A DNA stretch of 64,000 nucleotides from an uncultured Lachnospiraceae bacterium (lineage in GTDB: Bacteria > Bacillota > Clostridia > Lachnospirales > Lachnospiraceae): contig CANPXP010000005.1 in assembly GCA_947586255.1 (NCBI GenBank), positions 4,914 through 68,913 on the forward strand, given 5' to 3'. This document shows positions 38,312 through 47,937 of this stretch, piece by piece. Made by a program: the position numbers and the translations under genes. Numbering within the stretch: the stretch's first letter is position 1; every line of letters begins with the position of its first letter. The notes beneath the pieces were generated by a model. The model worked only from the letters and a program-made list of their open reading frames with translations, searched no databases and had not been told where the DNA came from.

Positions 38312-38400
38312 GCCGGACCTTCCAGGAGGCTTAAACCCCCGAATGACAGACGGGGTTATCGAACGGTTTCGATACGAAGATGTAAGGAGGTCATTTCATT

Positions 38401-40431
38401 ATGATGAGATCACTTTTCTCTGGTGTGGCAGGACTGAAGACCCACCAGACCAGAATGGACGTTATCGGTAACAATATCGCAAACGTAAACAGTACGGCAT
38501 ACAAGTCCCAGAGCATGGTATTCAATGATCTGCTCTATCAGCAGACGCAGGCGGCGTCCGGCGCGAATGCGACCACGGGGCGCGGCGGCATCAACCCCAG
38601 ACAGATCGGTCTGGGCGCCAAGACCGGCGCGATCTCCACGGCGATCACGCAGCAGGGTTCCGCACAGTCTACCAACAACCCGTGGGATGTGATGATTGAG
38701 GGCGAGTCCTTCTTCATCGTCAGCGACGGTTCCCAGAATTTCTTTACAAGAGACGGTTCCTTCACCGTGGACGGCGCGGGCAATCTGGTTATGTCCAGCA
38801 CGGGCTTCACGGTTATGGGCTGGCAGGTAGACCCCGAGACGGGCGAAGTCAGATCCGACGTGGTATCGGCGCTGCGCATCATGAGCCCCGAGAACATGAG
38901 GGCGGAACCTGAGGCGACGACGATGGCCTACATGGACGGTATCCTCGACAAGACCGATACTTCCATCAACAGCACGGCGGGCGCGGTGCGCACGATGACG
39001 ATCTACGACGCGCAGGGCTACAAGTACACGGTGAAATTCAGCGTGCACGGCACGGGCAGCGACGACGAGTTCCGCATCCAGCTGGACGATATTCAGGATG
39101 AGAACGGCGTATCTCTGGTGGAGAAGTACGGGCTGGAGAATATTGAGCAGATTGCGCAGTTCGGTTCGACGGATAATAACGAGATAATACAGAAATACCC
39201 TATTGACGAATCAAAGGTATCTTTCGACGAGACGAGCAAGACTTATACTCTTAAAAAGTCGTTGGAAGAGATGCTGGATGGCTACAGCAAAAATAGCCTG
39301 TTAGTGGCGGCCGGCAATAAGGTTAAGGTAGTTAAAGATAATAAAGGTACGGAATTTGCAGAGACTGATCCCAATCAGGATTATAAAACAACGGATACCG
39401 TGTACTTAAAGGGCAGCGTAACGCTGACAGACGCGCAGTTGGAGGCGGAACCCTACAATTTTATCAAAGGTTCGGACGGCACATGGTATAAAAAAAGCAA
39501 TACAGAGGGCGCTCTGGGAGAAGCAATTACGGCTGTTGACTGGGCAGGACTGTTAAAATTTGACGGTGTGACGATCTCGTCGGCGACGATGGGGGAGGAC
39601 GGCCTTAAGGTGGAGTTCTTGGCAGAATGTAAGCCTAAAGAAAATGTGTCCTATAATGTGAAGGATAATAACTTTGGTTTGTCTCTGGTATATCCTACGG
39701 ATGAGAAGGCGATTTTGGAACAAGTATTCCAGTTCGAGGATGGCGACGGCAAGACCTACAGCATCGATTATATTGCACCCGACGGTTCCGCGCAGATTAA
39801 GACTGTAGAGAACAACAAGGGCAACCATATTTATTTCGACCACGATACGGGCGCTTTTTCCTACATCGGTAGCCAGGGCAGCGACACAGCAATGCTGACT
39901 TTTAGTGATTCAGCCTCCAGTCTGGACGGCACCAATGTTAATCTCTCCCAGTTCAGCGACGTGGAGATCGACTTCTCCTCCGTCATCAACTTGGGCAACG
40001 GCGGCAAGTGCACACTGGAGATGGTGAACGGCTCCAAGGAGAACAGCACCATCGGCTCCGGCCGCAAGGTGGGTGAGCTGAGCAGCGTGGAGATCGGCCA
40101 GGACGGCACCATCACGGCGTCCTACGACAACGGCCTCACCAAGACACTCTGCAAGATCGCGGTGGCGGAGTTCGCCAATGCGTCCGGTCTCGCGAAAGCG
40201 GGCAACAACCTCTACTCCACGACACAGAACTCCGGCGAGTTCGACGGCGTGGGCGTGGACATCACGGCGAGCGGCGGCCAGATGACCTCCGGCGTGCTCG
40301 AGATGAGTAACGTCGACCTGTCCTCGGAGTTCACCACAATGATCACCACCCAGCGTGGTTTCCAGGCGAACAGCCGTATCATCACGGTTTCCGATACGAT
40401 GCTCGAGGAGCTCGTAAATCTGAAGAGATAA
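38401..40431 (+). CDS. flgE: flagellar hook protein FlgE (676 aa)
   Basis: MDVIGNNIANVN, TRDGSF, LEMSNVDL..QRGFQANS. Confidence 0.95.
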   Translation: MMRSLFSGVAGLKTHQTRMDVIGNNIANVNSTAYKSQSMVFNDLLYQQTQAASGANATTGRGGINPRQIGLGAKTGAISTAITQQGSAQSTNNPWDVMIEGESFFIVSDGSQNFFTRDGSFTVDGAGNLVMSSTGFTVMGWQVDPETGEVRSDVVSALRIMSPENMRAEPEATTMAYMDGILDKTDTSINSTAGAVRTMTIYDAQGYKYTVKFSVHGTGSDDEFRIQLDDIQDENGVSLVEKYGLENIEQIAQFGSTDNNEIIQKYPIDESKVSFDETSKTYTLKKSLEEMLDGYSKNSLLVAAGNKVKVVKDNKGTEFAETDPNQDYKTTDTVYLKGSVTLTDAQLEAEPYNFIKGSDGTWYKKSNTEGALGEAITAVDWAGLLKFDGVTISSATMGEDGLKVEFLAECKPKENVSYNVKDNNFGLSLVYPTDEKAILEQVFQFEDGDGKTYSIDYIAPDGSAQIKTVENNKGNHIYFDHDTGAFSYIGSQGSDTAMLTFSDSASSLDGTNVNLSQFSDVEIDFSSVINLGNGGKCTLEMVNGSKENSTIGSGRKVGELSSVEIGQDGTITASYDNGLTKTLCKIAVAEFANASGLAKAGNNLYSTTQNSGEFDGVGVDITASGGQMTSGVLEMSNVDLSSEFTTMITTQRGFQANSRIITVSDTMLEELVNLKR

Positions 40432-40443
40432 GCATTTGACATG

Positions 40444-40480
40444 AGAAACCCTTCCGCAATCCGCGGAGGGGTTCTTTTTT
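40444..40480 (+). terminator. terminator after flgE
   Basis: AACCCTTCCGC/GCGGAGGGGTT plus T6. Confidence 0.85.
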
Positions 40481-40494
40481 GGAAAAAATTTTTT

Positions 40495-40523
40495 TTGTAT
40501 TTTCCTCCTATATGTGGTAGAAT
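40495..40523 (+). promoter_or_regulatory. sigma-A promoter for the flbD-motA...che segment
   Basis: TTGTAT-17nt-TAGAAT with extended TG. Confidence 0.65.
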
Positions 40524-40577
40524 ATATAAGCTACTACAGCGGCGCGCGCAAAAGCGCCTATCCTTTCGGAGAATGCT

Positions 40578-40763
40578 ATGATCGAAGTTACTAAGATAAA
40601 CGGCGTCAAAATCCTGGTCAATCCGGATCTGATCGAACTGGTTGAGGAGACGCCGGATACGGTTTTGACGCTCACGACGGGGCGGAAAATAATTGTCAAA
40701 GAGAGTAGACAAGAAGTGAAAAATTTAGTAAAATCGTATAGAAAGGATATTTTTGCAGATTAG
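40578..40763 (+). CDS. flbD: FlbD/SwrD family flagellar protein
   Basis: NPDLIELVEETPDTVLTL. Confidence 0.92.
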   Translation: MIEVTKINGVKILVNPDLIELVEETPDTVLTLTTGRKIIVKESRQEVKNLVKSYRKDIFAD

Positions 40764-40783
40764 TGTAAAGTGGGTACATACGT

Positions 40784-41596
40784 ATGGATATTGCTTCAGT
40801 TATCGGTTTAGTGGCATGTATGGTACTGATGGTATTCGGTATCGTATTCGATAAGGATACGGGTGTAAATTTCGCCCTTATGCCGCGATTCTTGGATGTG
40901 CCGTCGGTGTTGATCACCTTCGGCGGTTCTTTCATGTGTATCCTTGCCAGCTATAAGCTGCCGGATTTCCTCGGGGGACTCAAGAGCTTTAAGCTGGTAT
41001 TCAAGATGGCGTCGATGAACGTCTCCGAGATTATCCAGAAGATTATAGATCTCTCCAACGTCGCGCGTAAAGAGGGCCTGCTCTCCCTGGAGGAAGCGGC
41101 CAGCGAGATCGACGACGATTTCCTCAAGAAGGGGATTCTGCTTGTCGTGGACGGCACGGATCCCGAGCTTGTGCGCGCCATCATGGAGACGGAGCTGGCC
41201 AGCATGGAGGGCCGGCACAAGGATAAGATCGGTTTCTGGGAGAATCTGGGTTCCATGGGTCCTGCCTGGGGTATGATCGGTACCCTGATCGGACTGGTAA
41301 ACATGCTGGCCGACCTGTCGGATTTCGCATCCATCGGCCCGAACATGGCGGTCGCCCTGATTACGACGCTGTACGGTTCCATTCTGGCGAACTGGATCTG
41401 CGCGCCCGTGGCTACCAAGCTGAAGGGCAAGAACGACGAAGAGATGATGGTGAAGGAGATAGAAGTCGAGGGACTTCTGTCCATTCAGGCGGGCGAAAAC
41501 CCCCGCGTCATAGAGGAGAAGCTGAAATCCTTCTTAGCGCCCGGCGACAGAAAGTCTCAGGGTGATGATGCCGGAGGTGAGGCTGATGGCGAATAG
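40784..41596 (+). CDS. motA: stator protein MotA
   Basis: ARKEGLLSLE, GPAWGMIGTLIGL, ALITTLYG. Confidence 0.96.
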   Translation: MDIASVIGLVACMVLMVFGIVFDKDTGVNFALMPRFLDVPSVLITFGGSFMCILASYKLPDFLGGLKSFKLVFKMASMNVSEIIQKIIDLSNVARKEGLLSLEEAASEIDDDFLKKGILLVVDGTDPELVRAIMETELASMEGRHKDKIGFWENLGSMGPAWGMIGTLIGLVNMLADLSDFASIGPNMAVALITTLYGSILANWICAPVATKLKGKNDEEMMVKEIEVEGLLSIQAGENPRVIEEKLKSFLAPGDRKSQGDDAGGEADGE

Positions 41597-42395
41597 AAAG
41601 CCTGACGAACCCAAGAAGGGCGCGCCCGCGTGGCAGAGCACCTTCGCCGATCTGATGAACCTGTTACTCTGCTTCTTCGTGCTGCTCTTCGCGATGTCGA
41701 GCATCGACGAGGATAAGCAGGAACAGATCATCGCCTCTTTCAACAATATGTTTTCCGTCTTCGACGGCGGCGCCACTGCCATCGGCGACGGCATGCTGAT
41801 CAGCAATGGCGTCAGTCAGCTCAACGAGCTGGATCAGTACATCAACAGCACCGGCAAGATGGACGAAGAGGGTGAGATTGTCGACGACAATCTGGCCAAC
41901 GCCCAGGAGCAGCTGGAGGAAGCCCAGATGGAGGAGTCCGAGCAGCTGGCCGAGAAGATACAGGAAGCCGTCGACGAGGAGGAGATGGGAAGCGAGATCG
42001 ACATCGATTTCACGGCGCAGTACGTCCAGCTCACCTTGAAGGGCGGAATCCTCTTTGACTCCGGCAGCGTGGAACTGAAGCCGGAGGCGCTGCCCGTATT
42101 GGATCAGGTGGGCGTCATCCTGCAGCGGTACGCGGAGGGGACCATCGAGATCGAGGGGCACACGGACAACGTGCCCATGTCGGGAGCCAAGTACTCCAAC
42201 AACGACGAGCTGAGCTCGGGCCGCGCGCTGTCGGTTTTCGACTATCTGCTGTCGGTCACGGATCTGGATCCGGCCATGGTCAAGCACGCGGGCAGAGGCG
42301 AATACGTGCCGATCGCGGACAATTCCACGCCGGAGGGCAGGAGCCGCAACAGGCGCGTCGAGATCAAGATATATAACTCTCTCAGTTCTTATTAG
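41586..42395 (+). CDS. motB: stator protein MotB
   Basis: W..TFADLMNLLLCFFV, EGHTDN, NRRVEI. Confidence 0.96.
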   Translation: MANRKPDEPKKGAPAWQSTFADLMNLLLCFFVLLFAMSSIDEDKQEQIIASFNNMFSVFDGGATAIGDGMLISNGVSQLNELDQYINSTGKMDEEGEIVDDNLANAQEQLEEAQMEESEQLAEKIQEAVDEEEMGSEIDIDFTAQYVQLTLKGGILFDSGSVELKPEALPVLDQVGVILQRYAEGTIEIEGHTDNVPMSGAKYSNNDELSSGRALSVFDYLLSVTDLDPAMVKHAGRGEYVPIADNSTPEGRSRNRRVEIKIYNSLSSY

Positions 42396-42437
42396 AGAGA
42401 CTGCAGATAAGATGTGTATAAAGGAGAAGGTTCAGAC

Positions 42438-42968
42438 ATGAAGAAAAATCTGATTTCCATTATCATTCTGGCGCTTTTGATCGTCAATATCGTGCTGACC
42501 GCCATTATGATGTTCAGCGTGGTGAGCTCTTCGAGAAAGACCGCGGCGCTGGTGGACAACATCGCGACAGCCCTGAATCTGGAGCTGACCGCGGGCGGCG
42601 AGGAGGCCGAGGTGGAAGAGGCCGTTCCGATGTCCGATATCGCCATCTACACGATCGCGGACAAGATGACGATACCGCTGAAGATTGAGGTCGACGCGGA
42701 GGGCAAGGAGCAGCAGCACTACTTTATCGCCAGTGTGACGCTCTCCATGAATACCAAGGCCGACGGCTACAAGGACTACGGCGAGACGATGGCGGACAGG
42801 GAGAGCCTGATCAAGAGCGAGATCGAGGAAGTCATCCAGTCCCACACGGTCGATGAGGCGCGGAACAATCAGGATCAGATCAGAGATGAGATACTGGCGA
42901 AGATACAGACCATGTTCGATTCGGAGTTCGTCTTCGACGTCTCCTTCAGTGACACTATGATTCAATAA
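42438..42968 (+). CDS. fliL: flagellar protein FliL
   Basis: N-terminal TM helix; synteny motB-fliM. Confidence 0.85.
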   Translation: MKKNLISIIILALLIVNIVLTAIMMFSVVSSSRKTAALVDNIATALNLELTAGGEEAEVEEAVPMSDIAIYTIADKMTIPLKIEVDAEGKEQQHYFIASVTLSMNTKADGYKDYGETMADRESLIKSEIEEVIQSHTVDEARNNQDQIRDEILAKIQTMFDSEFVFDVSFSDTMIQ

Positions 42969-43006
42969 TGCCATTGCTACAGTAGTGCCGCAGGAGGTGA
43001 ACTTTC

Positions 43007-43987
43007 GTGGGAGAGGTACTGTCTCAAAGTGAGATTGATAATCTGCTCGCTGCCCTGAGCAGCGGTGAATTAGACGCAGATGACATGGGAGATTCCAGCG
43101 ACAAGCAGGTCAAGAACTATGACTTTAAAAGGCCTACCAAGTTCTCGAAGGAACACCTGCGAACGCTGGAGATCATATATGAGCACTACGGGCGGCTCCT
43201 ATCCACGAGCCTTCCGATTTACTTAAGAAAAAATGTACAGATTTCCGTGGCGAGTTCCGAGACGGTTATCTTCTCGGAGTTCACGAACGCCCTCTCCAAT
43301 CCGGTGATTCTGGGCATCGTCAATTTTCAGCCTCTCGGCGGCACGATCCTGATCGAGCTCGCGGCGCAGCTGGGATACGCGATGATCGACAGGATGCTGG
43401 GCGGCGCAGGGGAGCCGCTGGAGAAGAACAGGGACTTTACGGAGATCGAGATGACGATCATAGAGAAGATGATGGTGGTGTGCATGCAGCTCATGCGCGA
43501 ACCCTGGAGAAACGTCGTCGACACGAACCCGGTGATGGAGCGTATCGAGACGAACTCCCAGTTTGCACAGGTCATCGCCCCCAACGACATGATAGCGATC
43601 GTCACGCTGAACATGAAGATAGGCGACGTAGAGGGCTTCATGAATGTCTGCCTCCCGTTCTTCACGCTGGAATCCATCATGGATAAGCTGAATACCAAGT
43701 ACTGGTATGCGACTTTGCAGGAGCAGAAGGAGGAGGATCTGGAGGAGTACATCGAGGCGCTCATCCGGAGAGTGGATGTTCCGGTCAAGGCAGTGCTTGG
43801 CAGCGCGAAGGTTTCGGTCAACGACTTCGTCAACCTGCAGGTGGGGGACATCATACGGCTCGGCACCGATATCAAGGACGATCTTGAGGTCTATGTCGGA
43901 AATATCAAGAAATTCACCGCTTTACCGGGTTCAAGCAAGGACAAATACGCCGTGCGTGTAACGTCGGTAATCAGAGAGGGGGAATAG
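43007..43987 (+). CDS. fliM: motor switch protein FliM
   Basis: LSQSEIDNLL, YDFKRP. Confidence 0.96.
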   Translation: MGEVLSQSEIDNLLAALSSGELDADDMGDSSDKQVKNYDFKRPTKFSKEHLRTLEIIYEHYGRLLSTSLPIYLRKNVQISVASSETVIFSEFTNALSNPVILGIVNFQPLGGTILIELAAQLGYAMIDRMLGGAGEPLEKNRDFTEIEMTIIEKMMVVCMQLMREPWRNVVDTNPVMERIETNSQFAQVIAPNDMIAIVTLNMKIGDVEGFMNVCLPFFTLESIMDKLNTKYWYATLQEQKEEDLEEYIEALIRRVDVPVKAVLGSAKVSVNDFVNLQVGDIIRLGTDIKDDLEVYVGNIKKFTALPGSSKDKYAVRVTSVIREGE

Positions 43988-43993
43988 AAAAGC

Positions 43994-45211
43994 ATGGACG
44001 GAATGTTATCACAGGATGAAATAAATGCGCTCCTGAGCGGTATGGATGCATCGGGTGACAGCGGGGATTCCGGGGCGTCGGCGGCGCCGGCGCCGAACAG
44101 CGACGCGCTGTCGGACATCGAGAAGGACGCCGTCGGAGAGGTTGCCAATATCAGCATGGGCTCCTCGGCCACGACGCTGTACTCCCTGGTCAACCGCAAG
44201 GTCAACATCACGACGCCGGTCGTCACGGTGGCTACCTGGGACAGCGTACTGCAGGACTATGAGAAACCGTGTGTGTTTATTCAGATCAAATATACGGTAG
44301 GGTTGGACGGCTCCAATATCCTCGTGCTGAAGGAGCACGATGTGAAGGTCATCACCGACCTGATGATGGGCGGCGACGGCAGCAATACGGACGGAGAACT
44401 CTCGGAGCTGCACCTGAGCGCGATCTCCGAGGCGATGAACCAGATGATGGGCTCCTCGGCGACTTCGCTCTCCACGATGCTTGGCAAGATGATCGATATC
44501 AGCCCGCCGGAGGCGAGCCTGGTGGATCTGACGGCGTTTAAGTCGGGCGGGGACATAGCACCGTTCCTCTCCGGGGAATTCGTCAAGATCGCGTTCCGTA
44601 TGCAGATCGACGAACTGGTGGATTCCACAATTATGCAATTATATCCTATGGACTTTGCGAAAGAATTGTGCGATACTTTCTTAAAGAACCAGTTGGGAGA
44701 AGAGCCGGAACCGGAGCCGGCGCCACAGGCGGCTCCGACACCCGCACCGGCCGCACAGCAGGCGGCTCCGCCGCCGGCAGCAGCGCCCGCGCCGCAGATG
44801 GCGCCCCAGATGGATATGAGCCAGATGGGCATGGGAATGCCGCAGATGCAGATGATGCCGCAGATGCAGATGATGCCGCAGATGCAGATGATGCCGCAGA
44901 TGCAGCCGAACATGAATATGAATATCCAGCCAGCGCAGTTCCAGAGTTTTTCCAACGATTTCAATCCGGCGCAGGTGCAGGAAAATATCGGACTGATCAA
45001 GGATGTCCCGCTGGAGGTCACAGTGGAACTTGGCAGGACGTCGAAGCCGATATCGGATATTCTGGACTTCTCGCCGGGCACGATCATAGAGCTCGACAAG
45101 ATTGCCGGCGAACCGATCGACGTGCTGGTGAACGGCAAGTTTGTCGCGAAGGGCGAGGTAGTTGTAATCGAAGAAAGCTTTGGCGTTCGAGTAACCGAAA
45201 TTGTCAAATAA
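43994..45211 (+). CDS. fliY: motor switch phosphatase FliY
   Basis: LSQDEINALL, two ExxN CheC-like motifs, FliN-like C-terminus. Confidence 0.95.
   Translation: MDGMLSQDEINALLSGMDASGDSGDSGASAAPAPNSDALSDIEKDAVGEVANISMGSSATTLYSLVNRKVNITTPVVTVATWDSVLQDYEKPCVFIQIKYTVGLDGSNILVLKEHDVKVITDLMMGGDGSNTDGELSELHLSAISEAMNQMMGSSATSLSTMLGKMIDISPPEASLVDLTAFKSGGDIAPFLSGEFVKIAFRMQIDELVDSTIMQLYPMDFAKELCDTFLKNQLGEEPEPEPAPQAAPTPAPAAQQAAPPPAAAPAPQMAPQMDMSQMGMGMPQMQMMPQMQMMPQMQMMPQMQPNMNMNIQPAQFQSFSNDFNPAQVQENIGLIKDVPLEVTVELGRTSKPISDILDFSPGTIIELDKIAGEPIDVLVNGKFVAKGEVVVIEESFGVRVTEIVK
44837..44905 (+). repeat. 18-nt perfect tandem repeat (MPQMQM, ~3.8 copies)
   Basis: ATGCCGCAGATGCAGATG units in the fliY linker. 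Confidence 0.9.
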
Positions 45212-45233
45212 GTGATAGAAGAGGAGAAGAGAG

Positions 45234-45596
45234 ATGGCAAAGAATATTTTGATTTGTGACGATGCAGCATTCATGCGTATGATGATCAAGGACATCCTGA
45301 CCAAGAACGGTTACAATGTGGCCGGAGAAGCCGAGAACGGCGCAAAGGCTGTCGAGAAATACAACGAGTTGAAGCCGGATCTGGTTCTGATGGATATCAC
45401 GATGCCCGAGATGGACGGTATTCAGGCGCTTAAGAAGATCAAAGAGTCGGATCCCGGCGCGATGATTATCATGTGTTCCGCGATGGGACAGCAGGCGATG
45501 GTTATCGAATCCATACAGTCCGGCGCGAAGGACTTTATCGTAAAACCCTTCCAGGCCGACCGTGTGTTGGAGGCTGTCAAAAAGGTAGTGGGATAA
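45234..45596 (+). CDS. cheY: chemotaxis response regulator CheY
   Basis: DDAAFMR, MDITMPEMDG, VKPF. Confidence 0.95.
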   Translation: MAKNILICDDAAFMRMMIKDILTKNGYNVAGEAENGAKAVEKYNELKPDLVLMDITMPEMDGIQALKKIKESDPGAMIIMCSAMGQQAMVIESIQSGAKDFIVKPFQADRVLEAVKKVVG

Positions 45597-45979
45597 TGAT
45601 ACTTGCGGTATCGGGGAGAGCCGACTCCTATATACAGTTCGTCACGGTACTGCTCCTGTTTTTGTTCGTGCTGTTAATTACCTACTGGGTGACGAAGTGG
45701 ACCGCCGGATACCAGAAGAGCCGGGGCGGCAGCACCAATGTGGAGGTTCTGGAGACGGTCAGGCTGGCCAACAACAAGTATGTCCAGATTATCCGCACGG
45801 GCAGAAAATATCTGGCGGTGGCGGTCTGCAAGGACACCGTCACCATGCTGACGGAGATCCCGGAGGAAGATTTGGCGCTTTCGGGCGGGAGTGCGCGCGG
45901 AAGCGGCAGCTTCAAGGACGTTCTGGAGAGAATACAGGACAAGAATTTCCTGAAAAAAGAAGATGGACGAGACGAATGA
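45596..45979 (+). CDS. fliO: flagellar biosynthesis protein FliO/FliZ
   Basis: TM helix plus small beta domain; TAATG overlap with cheY. Confidence 0.85.
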   Translation: MILAVSGRADSYIQFVTVLLLFLFVLLITYWVTKWTAGYQKSRGGSTNVEVLETVRLANNKYVQIIRTGRKYLAVAVCKDTVTMLTEIPEEDLALSGGSARGSGSFKDVLERIQDKNFLKKEDGRDE

Positions 45980-46860
45980 AAAAGTTGTTATCCGGATATC
46001 ATTTGGCGAGAGTGATATGCCTGCTGTTAGTGGCAGGCATATTGTGTCTTAGCCGGACGACTACGGTGCTTGCGTCCTCCGCGGACACCCCCTACAGGGA
46101 CACAAACCTGACGGGAACGACGGATGAGAGGACCAACGAGCGCGAGCCGGGCGCGTCTCAGAACGCGGACGAGCTCGCGGAACCGAATATAGCCAACACC
46201 GTGACGATCACGTTCGGTGACGACAACGGGAGTGTGAACGGCGCGCTGCGCATTCTGATCATTCTCACGCTGATCGCCGTCGCGCCGACGCTGCTCATCA
46301 TGATGACCTCGTTTACCAGGATTATCATTGTCCTGCACTTTACGAGACAGGCTCTCAACACACAGACGGCGCCGCCTAACACAGTACTGATAGGCATTGC
46401 GCTCTTTTTGACGTTCTTTATCATGCAGCCAACCTTTACGGCGGTCTACACGGAGGCGGTCGCGCCCTACGAGGCGGGGGAGCTGGAGACGGAGGAGGCG
46501 CTGGAGAAGGCGGCCGTTCCGATCAGACAGTTTATGTACAAGCAGACGCTCAAGAAGGACGTCAGCCTCTTTATGGAGATCAACCGCCAGGAGTGGAACG
46601 GGGAGCTGGACGACATTCCGATGAGCGTGCTGGTGCCGAGCTTTATCATCAGCGAGCTGCGGAGCGCCTTCGTGATAGGATTTCTGATTTATATACCGTT
46701 TATTGTGATCGATATGGTGGTCGCCTCGACGCTGATGAGTATGGGTATGATGATGCTGCCGCCGACGACGATCTCCATGCCGTTCAAGATCCTGCTGTTT
46801 GTGCTGGCGGACGGCTGGTATCTGATCATTAAGGGTCTGGTGGAGAGCTTCCACTACTGA
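45976..46860 (+). CDS. fliP: export gate FliP
   Basis: MMTSFTRI, PPN, MGMMMLPP. Confidence 0.96.
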   Translation: MKKLLSGYHLARVICLLLVAGILCLSRTTTVLASSADTPYRDTNLTGTTDERTNEREPGASQNADELAEPNIANTVTITFGDDNGSVNGALRILIILTLIAVAPTLLIMMTSFTRIIIVLHFTRQALNTQTAPPNTVLIGIALFLTFFIMQPTFTAVYTEAVAPYEAGELETEEALEKAAVPIRQFMYKQTLKKDVSLFMEINRQEWNGELDDIPMSVLVPSFIISELRSAFVIGFLIYIPFIVIDMVVASTLMSMGMMMLPPTTISMPFKILLFVLADGWYLIIKGLVESFHY

Positions 46861-46873
46861 CCGGGAGGAAAGT

Positions 46874-47143
46874 ATGACTATAGATGACGTCACTGCCGTG
46901 GCCGAGACGGCGATTTTTACAATTATCAAATGCGCGGCGCCGCTTCTTCTGGTTTCCCTGTGCGTAGGCCTGATCGTCAGCATTTTCCAGACGGTCACGT
47001 CCATTCAGGAGCAGACGCTGACCTTTATACCGAAGATACTGGCGATTTTCCTCGCGCTGATCCTGATGGGGCACTGGATCATGAATAACATGGTGGAGTA
47101 CATGACCGGTTTGTGGATGGATTTCAGCGCTTATCTCAGTTAG
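46874..47143 (+). CDS. fliQ: export gate FliQ
   Basis: FQTVTSIQEQTLTFIPK. Confidence 0.96.
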   Translation: MTIDDVTAVAETAIFTIIKCAAPLLLVSLCVGLIVSIFQTVTSIQEQTLTFIPKILAIFLALILMGHWIMNNMVEYMTGLWMDFSAYLS

Positions 47144-47157
47144 AAGCGGGAACCGGC

Positions 47158-47937
47158 ATGATCGATATTACGTTTACTTACGCGGATTTGGAATTTTATT
47201 TGCTGGTGCTGGTGCGCATCACCTGCTTCGTCTACGCCGCGCCCTTCTTCTCGATGGACGGCGTGCCGCGCCGGGTGAAGGTGGGCTTCAGCATTTTTCT
47301 GGCCTATCTGATCTACACGGCCGTAGATCGCAACGAGATTGTATACAATACGCTGTTGGGGTACGCGGTCATCGTCATGAAGGAGGCGCTGACGGGCTTC
47401 CTGATCGGCTGGGGCGCACAGCTGTGCACGGCGGTTGCGTCATTCGCGGGAAGCATCGCGGACATGGAGATCGGCATCTCGATGGTGTCTCTGATGGACC
47501 CGACGACCAGACAGCAGACGACGTTCACGGGCGTGTTTTACCAGTATATTTTTATGCTGTTTCTGATTTTTACGGGCATGTACCAGTACCTTCTGCAGGC
47601 GCTGATCGACAGCTTCGATCTGATACCGGTCAACGGGGCGGTGTTTAAGTCGGAGTCTCTGGTTGAGTCCCTGGTCACGTTTCTGGGGGATTACATTACG
47701 ATGGGATTCCGCATTATCCTGCCGATCTTCTGCACGATGATCCTCCTGAACGCCATTCTCGGCGTTCTCGCGAAGATATCGCCGCAGATGAACATGTTTG
47801 CGGTGGGTATGCAGCTCAAGGTGCTTGTGGGGCTGGGAATTTTGTTCCTGACGGTCGGTATGCTGCCGCAGGCGGCCGACTATGTGTTTGTGGAGATGAA
47901 GAGAATGATCGTATCTTTTGTGGAGGGTATGACATGA
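47158..47937 (+). CDS. fliR: export gate FliR
   Basis: Multi-TM; PQMNMFAVG. Confidence 0.94.
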   Translation: MIDITFTYADLEFYLLVLVRITCFVYAAPFFSMDGVPRRVKVGFSIFLAYLIYTAVDRNEIVYNTLLGYAVIVMKEALTGFLIGWGAQLCTAVASFAGSIADMEIGISMVSLMDPTTRQQTTFTGVFYQYIFMLFLIFTGMYQYLLQALIDSFDLIPVNGAVFKSESLVESLVTFLGDYITMGFRIILPIFCTMILLNAILGVLAKISPQMNMFAVGMQLKVLVGLGILFLTVGMLPQAADYVFVEMKRMIVSFVEGMT

